From IMG/VR virus record IMGVR_UViG_3300025141_013863, positions 1-64,000 of that record: a stretch of 64,000 nucleotides of DNA. One strand, 5' to 3'. Below are positions 55,878 to 64,000 of the stretch, piece by piece. Each line of letters starts with the position of its first letter. Positions within the stretch are counted from its first letter, which is position 1. The notes beneath the pieces were generated by a model. It worked only from the letters and a program-made list of their open reading frames with translations, searched no databases and was not told where the DNA came from. Made by a program: the position numbers and the translations under genes. This DNA comes from a virus.

Positions 55878-58348
55878 AAGATCTTATGTCGGGAAAATTC
55901 CCGACGCCCTTTATTGAAAGAGTGTACGTTCAAAGTCAGCAGACTAATGATTATGAAGATAATACTTCGGATGGCTTACAGGTTGACATAGCGATTTATC
56001 TACCCGAGATTGATGGCGCCGAACCAACAGAACAAAGAGAAGCTATAAATGATCTGATTTTTTATGCTGTTTATATTGTTGGTGATCCATCAATTACTGC
56101 AATCAGCAGAAGAGAAGAGTCTATCTTCGAACATATGAAAAAAATGTATATGTCTGACGCATCTTTTGCCAATAATGCAATGTCAGATATTAAAGCAAAC
56201 CCTAGCTATCACGATAATCTTATAGCTTATGGCTACGGAGTATCTACTGAGGCATCTTATACTAATGCAACCTATGCAGAAGATACCAATTCCTCGTCAT
56301 TGCGCGCCTATTGCAAAACCAACTATAATGCAATAACATTTGATGAGTTTAGTGACGAGGGAGAGCTAGTAATTGTTGAAGAGACAGAACGATTTTATAA
56401 ATATATAGCCTCAATCAGTATCCCTATGATTGGTGATTATACCTTATTTGACGACTTGATGGATGCTGCTTATCAATCAGACGACAGAAAGGTTGATTAT
56501 AAAAGCATCAATGTTTATGCATTTAGTTCAACAATAGAACATGATTTGGAGAGTGTTGATGTCTTTTCTATTGTAAATGAAAATAAAAATCTCATCAATA
56601 AGAGGCACTCAGGTTTAGCATATGAGCAGGTTTTTGACGACGGCTCGATCACTTCCGAGCCGCGTCTGAGGTGGTTTTTGGCCGACACACTTTGGGACGG
56701 CATTCCAATGATCGCGACAGACGGCACGACACGAGAGTACTCAGATTTCGATCGAGAACGAATTGTAGAGGCAATATATACGATTATGCCACAAGATCCG
56801 GTCACGGAAGAGGGGCAAGAAATTTTAGAGAATTTGATGTATTTGGTTGAGGCTGACGCATATGAGCCTACTTTTTTAACAAGATTAAATGAGTATAGAA
56901 GAGCTTTCCCTTACAAAGAAGATGCTTTCTATACAAAGCTTACAGAATTAGTAGCTAATGAAAATAATGTTTTATCGGATTCCAGCCCACTACAAAAAAA
57001 ATTAATTAGAAATTTTAAAGTAATCGACGCAAGACAGGTGGAGTTTGAAGTAAGTTATGATTATCCGGATGTAGAGGAGTTTGCGGCCGGCACTTATTTA
57101 GCTGGTGATGATGAAACTATGGATTCTGAAAGGATATATGAAAACTCTATAGAGTATTTTACTAGATACGCATATTCATCCGCCGTTGTCAGCGGTACTG
57201 ATCTCCCTGATTATGAAGATGCAGAAGATATGTTTTTAAGTTATGGATTTATATTCTTTGATTTTGAAAAAGCGGTTAGATATGATACTGCCTTAGCTGG
57301 TGTTTTTAACATACAGTCCCTGGAAGCTTGGTTTGGCAAGTCTCTTATAAACGCATCATTAAGATTTGATTATACAAGATTGCGAAGATTTTATGATGGA
57401 GGTAAAATTCGAACAATAGAGACCCATTATGATACACATTCTCCAAGTTATCCGTTTCCGCTTTATACAGCATATAGCACGACAATCGTCGGTGGCTACA
57501 CTGGTGATCCTGGAGAAGTAGAAGTTTATCCTGGGGCGAATTCTGATGGTACCCAGGGCTTCGGAGACTATTCATATTGTATGTTGGCGCCATTTTCTGT
57601 GCCGGGAATGTCTCTCGGCGCCGCAACAACTGACTATCGATTGGCGTGTTTTGCCTTCCAAGATTACTATGATTTAGATTCGACATCGGATGCAACAGTG
57701 ACTGAATATTCAAATAGCGACACAATGACTAGCACTAGTGGTGACGATATGTCTATAGAGTCATATGACTTTCAAATAGTTACGGAAGATAAAAGTGCAG
57801 ACGTTCTTATGGCTATTACTGGTTCGTACTACACAGCAGTTTATGAAGAGTTTCAAGCTTATTATGATTATGCTAATGAATATTGTAGCTATAACGATGT
57901 TGAAGGCTATTTTAATGAATTTTTTGTAAATGCTATGGATGAAATTTATCCTGACGATAGCGCAAAGCCGTGGATGCGGATGCCTGTAATTTATAATGTG
58001 CATCAAGATATTCTATATTCTGAATTTGGAGGAGATTCAGAGAAGCTGTTAGACACTGCCCAAAGCATTTCTGATAGAATCGGACCGTATACAGGAAATT
58101 TAGTACAGCTAGAGACGTTTAAAGATCAAATAGAGGCACTATGGACGCAATTTTATTCAGATGGTGGTCTTGTTGAAACAGCCATAGAGTCTATGATTGA
58201 GTCCAGAGGCGCCACTACTATATGGTATAATCAAGAATGGAAAAGTCTTCCAGAAATAATATATTCTGGCGATGGATCCACTTGGCTTCCTGAAACCGCC
58301 AAGGATTATGGCGCGGACACCGGCGATGACGGCGAGGAAAGTTCATAG
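55862..58348 (+). CDS. acidic putative virion protein
   Basis: 828-aa D/E/Y-rich ORF in structural module. Confidence 0.65.
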   Translation: MPRAIEDLMSGKFPTPFIERVYVQSQQTNDYEDNTSDGLQVDIAIYLPEIDGAEPTEQREAINDLIFYAVYIVGDPSITAISRREESIFEHMKKMYMSDASFANNAMSDIKANPSYHDNLIAYGYGVSTEASYTNATYAEDTNSSSLRAYCKTNYNAITFDEFSDEGELVIVEETERFYKYIASISIPMIGDYTLFDDLMDAAYQSDDRKVDYKSINVYAFSSTIEHDLESVDVFSIVNENKNLINKRHSGLAYEQVFDDGSITSEPRLRWFLADTLWDGIPMIATDGTTREYSDFDRERIVEAIYTIMPQDPVTEEGQEILENLMYLVEADAYEPTFLTRLNEYRRAFPYKEDAFYTKLTELVANENNVLSDSSPLQKKLIRNFKVIDARQVEFEVSYDYPDVEEFAAGTYLAGDDETMDSERIYENSIEYFTRYAYSSAVVSGTDLPDYEDAEDMFLSYGFIFFDFEKAVRYDTALAGVFNIQSLEAWFGKSLINASLRFDYTRLRRFYDGGKIRTIETHYDTHSPSYPFPLYTAYSTTIVGGYTGDPGEVEVYPGANSDGTQGFGDYSYCMLAPFSVPGMSLGAATTDYRLACFAFQDYYDLDSTSDATVTEYSNSDTMTSTSGDDMSIESYDFQIVTEDKSADVLMAITGSYYTAVYEEFQAYYDYANEYCSYNDVEGYFNEFFVNAMDEIYPDDSAKPWMRMPVIYNVHQDILYSEFGGDSEKLLDTAQSISDRIGPYTGNLVQLETFKDQIEALWTQFYSDGGLVETAIESMIESRGATTIWYNQEWKSLPEIIYSGDGSTWLPETAKDYGADTGDDGEESS

Positions 58349-58390
58349 AATTTAACATGAAGATAAATAAAAACAAGGAGAACAAAATAA

Positions 58391-58942
58391 ATGCCATCAT
58401 TTAAACTTAAAAAATCAAGCGCTTCAAGCATTGTTTCCGGTATATCGGCAGGAAGCAGTGTTGCGATTATAAGAGGTCAGCTGGTAACATCTGATAGCGC
58501 CGACGCTAGCAATTTGCTGGCGATACAAGGCGCCTATAAAAAAATGAATTCAAATGGAATAATTACCGTACAATCTCCAACTACTTCTGATAATGATAGC
58601 GCGCTAGGCGTGTTGGGGGCTTTAGGGTGCTCTGTGTGCTCCATGTCAACAGAAATGTCTCTCTTGCCCTCTCAAACTGATACAGACATTGTAGAAAATG
58701 AAAATATTTTTGACAAATCTGTTCTCAAGCTTACTCCGGATAATGTTTCAGCAACTGATAAGTTTCCTAATTCCGATAGTGATCCGTTTTTTACATTGGA
58801 CGATGCGCCACCCAGAACCCTTAGAGACAAGATTAGTCGAACAACGTCCTATGAGACAACTTCCGATGTTATACAAATAACAGCAGATCTGGTATCATTA
58901 AATATATCCAGAGAAGATAGCACATTAAAACAATTTGGATAA
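58391..58942 (+). CDS. hypothetical Ser/Thr-rich protein
   Basis: AAGGAG RBS; 183 aa. Confidence 0.65.
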   Translation: MPSFKLKKSSASSIVSGISAGSSVAIIRGQLVTSDSADASNLLAIQGAYKKMNSNGIITVQSPTTSDNDSALGVLGALGCSVCSMSTEMSLLPSQTDTDIVENENIFDKSVLKLTPDNVSATDKFPNSDSDPFFTLDDAPPRTLRDKISRTTSYETTSDVIQITADLVSLNISREDSTLKQFG

Positions 58943-58966
58943 TATTTATTAAATATGGAGTAAAAC

Positions 58967-59395
58967 ATGGCCACCGGCTTTCCTCAAACATATATGATCA
59001 CACCAGTAACAGGATCGAGCGATTATGATTCAGATACTGAGCTATTAACATCTTTTTCTCCAGCTCACTTTGGCCCACTTGAAGAAGAAGAAGACGCCGG
59101 CGCCGAGGAGCTTGCAGATCTTCCGTCTTATTCATTTTGCCTTATACAGGCGGTCAACTATACTGATGCTGGTTTTTATGAATACATGAATTATGCCGCG
59201 TACACTGACGATGATATAATTGAGTCATTCAAATTTGTGGAGTTGTCAGAGGCGCCATATAGTCCGTATGATCCAGAACTTCCAGGAGATGCGGAAGTTG
59301 ACGAGGTAGACACTGAAGAAGATGAATCAGAAGAAATGGGAACAGAGGAAGAAGAGGAATATGCATCTGGGGGCGATGGCGAAGGCTACTCGTAG
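58967..59395 (+). CDS. highly acidic hypothetical protein
   Basis: GGAG RBS; Glu/Asp-rich, no Lys/Arg. Confidence 0.65.
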   Translation: MATGFPQTYMITPVTGSSDYDSDTELLTSFSPAHFGPLEEEEDAGAEELADLPSYSFCLIQAVNYTDAGFYEYMNYAAYTDDDIIESFKFVELSEAPYSPYDPELPGDAEVDEVDTEEDESEEMGTEEEEEYASGGDGEGYS

Positions 59396-59403
59396 GAATT
59401 CGT

Positions 59404-60030
59404 ATGAAGGCAAAAAAATTTGAATATGTTAAGGGAAACACCAAAACCAATATTCCGTGGTTTAGGCCGGATCCGCACCAGTTAAATCTCTGGAAAGAAC
59501 AATTTTTCAAAATAGAGGGCGTCGAACACTACAAATACTGGATCTGCGGAGGGGTTTTGGAAAACTGGAAAACATGGGATATAGATATTTTAGTAACAGG
59601 AAAAGTAAATTCATACAAAGAATTACAAAATATTTTATCTAGTGCCACACAGATTGGTTTTGATTATAGACAACTTGTCGATATTAATTGGAACGATTCG
59701 TATGAGAAATTTTTAAGCAAAGGTCCGTGCCTTAGAAGAAGTATTTGTTGTGAACATTACTATGAAAACGATACTTGTGAATTGCAACATTGCCTCACGC
59801 CCCACACATTTGAATCAATAACTATAGCGTCGGAAATAATTAAAAATGAAAAAAAGGTTTCAAACAGGAAATTAGGATCTTCAAAAATATTTGATTCCCT
59901 GTGGAGAACTAAATTAACTCTTCCATCAAAAAAACAACACGAAAGAATTAAAAAAGGCATTATTTATAAGAGCAGGCCTGTTTTACTCACAAAAAATTTA
60001 GATTTTAAAGATATTATAGACTGGCCATAA
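59404..60030 (+). CDS. putative Pol-beta-superfamily nucleotidyltransferase
   Basis: WICGGVLE...TWDIDIL (hG[GS]..DxD) plus later LVDI. Confidence 0.55.
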   Translation: MKAKKFEYVKGNTKTNIPWFRPDPHQLNLWKEQFFKIEGVEHYKYWICGGVLENWKTWDIDILVTGKVNSYKELQNILSSATQIGFDYRQLVDINWNDSYEKFLSKGPCLRRSICCEHYYENDTCELQHCLTPHTFESITIASEIIKNEKKVSNRKLGSSKIFDSLWRTKLTLPSKKQHERIKKGIIYKSRPVLLTKNLDFKDIIDWP

Positions 60031-60044
60031 AGGAGATTTAAAAA

Positions 60045-60479
60045 ATGTCATACGTATATTATTCACATTTTGGCGCCAAAGAATCCGGCACCGGTACTAC
60101 CACTTTTACTTGGTACATTGGCGGCACCAAAGATTACGGAACTACGGCAAACACCGACACCACCTATGCTCTTGGTCCAGACAGCCAGAGTGACACTTGG
60201 TCTAGCAAAAAATCAATGACACGAAAACTACAAAATCAATTTGGCAATCATTCAAGTTCTGAAAATGCATTCGAGGATATCCAATCTATAATTAGCGATG
60301 GTATTGACGACTTGGTAGGTCAAATGGAACCAAACACGCAGGAGGCCACTGACTATATGTCTGTTATCGATTTTGGAGGCACGCTTGAAACCTTTACTAC
60401 CGCCTTTGAGACCACAGAAACACAAGTAGGCGTTGAACTAGAAACAACCACGGTAACCGTATCGGAGACATCCTACTAA
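60045..60479 (+). CDS. Thr-rich hypothetical protein
   Basis: AAGGAG RBS; TAATG overlap with next gene. Confidence 0.65.
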   Translation: MSYVYYSHFGAKESGTGTTTFTWYIGGTKDYGTTANTDTTYALGPDSQSDTWSSKKSMTRKLQNQFGNHSSSENAFEDIQSIISDGIDDLVGQMEPNTQEATDYMSVIDFGGTLETFTTAFETTETQVGVELETTTVTVSETSY

Positions 60480-63151
60480 TGGCATCAGTTTCTGTTGAAT
60501 ATGTTGATACCAATTTGATATCAGGTTCTGAACCGTTGCGAACGCAACTGGAGCAATCTTGGGAATATGTAAGTTCTTCTGAGGGCGTTACTTTAAGTTT
60601 TAATGGAAATGTTGATTATGACGGCGGAATAACCTATTACTTAAAAGAGGTTCTTACTGATTACGAACAAGTAGCCGAAATGTCAGAAGACGCCATAATA
60701 CCAAATTACAAAATACCGGTTCGAATTCGCGGCAATGAAGATCTCATATTAAATGATAATATGTGGAAGTCTTATTTGCTGGGATACTCCTATGGAACAG
60801 CGTCTTTCGCTGCGGCTTATAATACCAACGTAAATGATGATTATTATATTTCATTTAATATGCCTTATGATAATTATGCGGCCAGAGTGTTATCTGAGCT
60901 TGACGGAGATAGCTATGAATCTATAAGAGTTCAGCCAGTTTATAATTATTATATAAAAGAATATCAAGAAGCTATCGCATCCGATGCTGACTATTTAATT
61001 CCAAATATATATCTTTATCAAATAGCAGCAGATGCAGAGTCCACTGGCCAAAATTTCGATGAAGATATGATGGCTTACCTTACATTAGATGGCGAATTGG
61101 GTAATATTATGGGATATTCAACCGACTCCAATGTGCTTAGTTCCCTACTTTCGCCAACTGCACACCAGATGCTGCCCCCAGCGGAATCGTTATATGAAGG
61201 TTCTGATCTTGATGGCGACTCCACCGATGATATTATGCTTGATAGAAATTATGATCTTCGACGTTTTTTAAGCTCATCTTATCCAAACCGTACACTCTCT
61301 GCATCCTCAGCCGCTAGCGCTTTCGTTGCATCGCAACATCTTATTTTTGATCATGAGTCAGCCGGCACGCTATTGAACTCAACCTCTAAAGTTCATACTG
61401 ACGCCGGCCTCTGGCCATATTATACTGAAATAGAAATGCCTTTGGGTCGTTCTGGGGGAACAACATTTAGAGATATACTTAAGACCCGAAAATATGTTGA
61501 AAGATTTATGTTAGATCTTCAATATTTTACAGATGATCGCGTTTCGAAAGAAGGGCACAATATAGTAGCAAACTATTCGTACAATTCAGGCTCAGAGGCC
61601 TCCGATATAGTTTCATCTTTAAAAAACTCTGCAGTTGAAACACACCAATCAATAGATTTTTTGGATTTTTTATATTCATCATATAATAATATTGGCAACC
61701 GCAGCTTCGGACAGGGGGCCTTTTACGCAAAACCTCTTACTTATGATTCGAAAGCCTCGCAGGCCATAGATGCTCCTTACATATACTATAACATTGGAAA
61801 GAATTTAAAAGTAGTTGATGATGTGATATCCTATTTAGAGAGCAATCCACCATCAATTGAAAGCATTGAGGATTTATATGATCTGGCCTCATCGTCTAAA
61901 TATTATGAAGTCTTAGCATATCGAATTGAAAAAGCTGCACCCAATGGTGAGAATATACAAAACTTTTGGATTTTTAATGCCACCGGCCTGGAAGATACAA
62001 TAACACTTTATGATTCACAGCTGAGATACGGCGCCGATTATGTATATAATATTTATATGTATAAATTAATACACGGCATTAGATATAGTCTTTCTGATTT
62101 GGTATACACAAAACAAATAGCCCAGCCAGCCACATTATCAGACGATACGACAGCCTATTGTTTGCAGTTTTTAAGTGCTGAAACTGGAGAGTTAGCTCAG
62201 CCGCTTTATGGTGTTACAGCTGAAGAAGAGACGGAAGAAGAGGAAGAAGAGGAAACTTCAACGGATTTAGCAGATTATCTGGGTGATTCGATTTTTAGAG
62301 ATGCATCAGATCCCTATTTGGCTGATTTTATGTTAAATTATGAACCGTCATTAAAACTAGTTGAAATTGCGCTGGGCTCAAAAACAATTAGAATTTTAGA
62401 TCATCCAGCCCCCTCCTTAGACGTATCTTCATATCAGATGCTAGATGATTCTGGAGTAATTGGGTTTTCGATAAACGTAGAAGCATTCGCAAAAACGAAA
62501 CTGCCAACTCCATTAACGACAGGCGATATGCAATATAACAGTAATTACAGATACCATAATGATTTATTAGAAGACGAAAAAGTTACAATGCCCGCTCGAT
62601 CGCCAACACGTACAATCGAAGTATTTAGACTAGCGACGAGACCAACCGCGATCGCAGACTTTGGCGAATCGCCATTTAAAACATACGATCTCACAATACA
62701 AAATGAAAAGGGCACAAGAGCGGTAGTACAGTGTCATGATAAAATCTCCACAAATACAAAATATTATTATATGTTTAGAGTATTAAATGAATTTGGTATA
62801 GCTGGCCCATTGACTGAAATTTATGAAGTTGAGCTGGTTAGCGATGGCGGTTATAATTATATGATAACAGAAATTCTTTTTGAAGAGGATCTGGACACAG
62901 CCACATATACTAACCCAACAAAATCATTTGGTAAAATTTTTCAAATTATGCCCCACGCGAGTCAGCTGACTTTAGTGGACTCAGATGTTGACTATGCCGA
63001 GCCGTCTTACACACAGATTGATAATTTAGAAGTAGGAAATGCAGATTTAGAAGATAAAATATGGGGCAAAACATTTAAACTTCGCCTTACATCAAAGAAA
63101 ACTGGTAAAAAAATTGATTTAAATATTACTTATAATGTAAGCAGCGGATAA
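60479..63151 (+). CDS. acidic putative virion protein with C-terminal Ig/FN3-like segments
   Basis: 890 aa; AYRIEK, YVYNIY, KYYYMFRVLN patterns. Confidence 0.6.
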   Translation: MASVSVEYVDTNLISGSEPLRTQLEQSWEYVSSSEGVTLSFNGNVDYDGGITYYLKEVLTDYEQVAEMSEDAIIPNYKIPVRIRGNEDLILNDNMWKSYLLGYSYGTASFAAAYNTNVNDDYYISFNMPYDNYAARVLSELDGDSYESIRVQPVYNYYIKEYQEAIASDADYLIPNIYLYQIAADAESTGQNFDEDMMAYLTLDGELGNIMGYSTDSNVLSSLLSPTAHQMLPPAESLYEGSDLDGDSTDDIMLDRNYDLRRFLSSSYPNRTLSASSAASAFVASQHLIFDHESAGTLLNSTSKVHTDAGLWPYYTEIEMPLGRSGGTTFRDILKTRKYVERFMLDLQYFTDDRVSKEGHNIVANYSYNSGSEASDIVSSLKNSAVETHQSIDFLDFLYSSYNNIGNRSFGQGAFYAKPLTYDSKASQAIDAPYIYYNIGKNLKVVDDVISYLESNPPSIESIEDLYDLASSSKYYEVLAYRIEKAAPNGENIQNFWIFNATGLEDTITLYDSQLRYGADYVYNIYMYKLIHGIRYSLSDLVYTKQIAQPATLSDDTTAYCLQFLSAETGELAQPLYGVTAEEETEEEEEEETSTDLADYLGDSIFRDASDPYLADFMLNYEPSLKLVEIALGSKTIRILDHPAPSLDVSSYQMLDDSGVIGFSINVEAFAKTKLPTPLTTGDMQYNSNYRYHNDLLEDEKVTMPARSPTRTIEVFRLATRPTAIADFGESPFKTYDLTIQNEKGTRAVVQCHDKISTNTKYYYMFRVLNEFGIAGPLTEIYEVELVSDGGYNYMITEILFEEDLDTATYTNPTKSFGKIFQIMPHASQLTLVDSDVDYAEPSYTQIDNLEVGNADLEDKIWGKTFKLRLTSKKTGKKIDLNITYNVSSG

Positions 63152-63164
63152 ACCAAAATTACTA

Positions 63165-63174
63165 ACTATTTATA
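63165..63174 (+). promoter_or_regulatory. candidate phage late promoter ACTATTTATA
   Basis: Intergenic, immediately before GGAG RBS; related TATTTAT at 58943 and 2202. Confidence 0.35.
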
Positions 63175-63191
63175 GGAGAGAGAATAATTAA

Positions 63192-64000
63192 ATGGCATTT
63201 TTAGATAACTCTGGCGACATTATTTTAGACGCCGTATTAACAGATGTTGGAAGAAAGAGATTAGCGCAAGGAAACTTTAAGATTACTAAGTTTGCTTTAG
63301 GCGACGATGAGATCGATTATACTTTGTTTAATAGAGATCATTCTAGTGGTTCCGCATATTTTGACTTGCAAATTATGCAAACACCGATCTTTGAGGCTTT
63401 CACCCAGACGAATGCAAATATTAATTATGGGCTTACGTCACACACAAGAACAGATTTGCTTTATCTGCCAATTTTAAAAGCAAATGAGCTGGTCAGCACA
63501 GCTGCAAAAGTAACTTCAAGCGTTTACTATGTTGCAGCTAATTCAGAAACAGCAACCAAATTAAAGACTGCGTTCAGCAGCTCTAATTATGTTCTAGAAT
63601 CGAGTCAAGTTTCTGATACTGCGATTTATGTTGAATCCGGCCTTGATACTACAAACTTAACTAGCGATTCATCAAACCGATCTAGCTATATTGTTAATAC
63701 AAACTTGCTTGATTCTGCTTATACAATATACGCTGATAGTCGATTTGTTGCAGGGCTGTTGACTGCGCCGAGAGCGGGTTATTTCCGAAATGGAACAGAC
63801 GGAACATCAAAAATTAGTATGACGCCGCTGGGGACCACTACGGCTACCTCAGCGACAGCAGTTTTAGACAACTATAATACATATAGTGCCATTGGGGTTT
63901 CCAACGAGGTGACATATAATTCGCTCGTTGATGCTACTACGATCTCTGCGATATCGGGCCCTAGAGGATCCGCAACTGCTTTAAATATTGTAGTTGATAG
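63192..64000 (+). CDS. virion structural protein, 3'-truncated by window edge (tail-collar-fibre-like N-terminus)
   Basis: MAFLDNSGDIILDAVLTDVGRKRLAQGNFKITKFALGDDEIDY...; frame stays open as far as read toward the window end; absent from ORF track. Confidence 0.8.
   Translation, partial: MAFLDNSGDIILDAVLTDVGRKRLAQGNFKITKFALGDDEIDYTLFNRDHSSGSAYFDLQIMQTPIFEAFTQTNANINYGLTSHTRTDLLYLPILKANELVSTAAKVTSSVYYVAANSETATKLKTAFSSSNYVLESSQVSDTAIYVESGLDTTNLTSDSSNRSSYIVNTNLLDSAYTIYADSRFVAGLLTAPRAGYFRNGTDGTSKISMTPLGTTTATSATAVLDNYNTYSAIGVSNEVTYNSLVDATTISAISGPRGSATALNIVVD

Noticed and set aside
1360-61730. Minus-strand and nested short ORFs in the ORF track
   Set aside because: All overlap longer motif-bearing + strand genes and lack recognisable motifs; treated as shadow ORFs
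1-64000. Stop-codon reassignment, introns or inteins
   Set aside because: Standard code gives dense, full-length coupled genes using TAA, TAG and TGA stops; no intein or homing-endonuclease motifs seen

Overview
This is a 64 kb segment of a large, AT-rich (roughly mid-30s % GC by eye) tailed-phage genome, most likely a myovirus. Essentially all genes are on the + strand and tightly coupled. (1) 1-6.8 kb is an accessory region: sulfotransferase, cytidylyltransferase, tandem tRNA-Thr(UGU) and tRNA-Gly(GCC), PIN-PhoH, an HEXXH protein, a Cas4/RecB-like nuclease and two consensus sigma70 promoters. (2) 6.85-30.2 kb is a ~23 kb glycan-biosynthesis operon. It has six glycosyltransferase-like genes, NDP-sugar epimerases/dehydratases, a ColD-type 3-dehydratase, a split HldE heptose module, and a B12-radical SAM / PanB / ThDP-enzyme / methyltransferase block. 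(3) 30.9-64 kb holds a gp55-like sigma factor, an M23 peptidase, an internally deleted paralogue with an M15-peptidase tail, then the baseplate/tail module (gp25-like, gp6-like, DNRLRE-like, a 3138-aa gp7/LamG protein, acidic virion proteins). Four signals stand out. [ST]GS tripeptides are strongly enriched in specific virion proteins next to the glycan operon, suggesting a phage-encoded virion O-glycosylation system with its own sequon. The operon may encode a new branched-chain deoxysugar pathway. The palindromes GGCGCC and GCCGGC are over-represented across the window, HIP-like, with GGCGCC checked in all three frames. A second tail-lysin paralogue is collapsed. All product calls come from motif recognition by eye and all counts are manual; no database searches were run.
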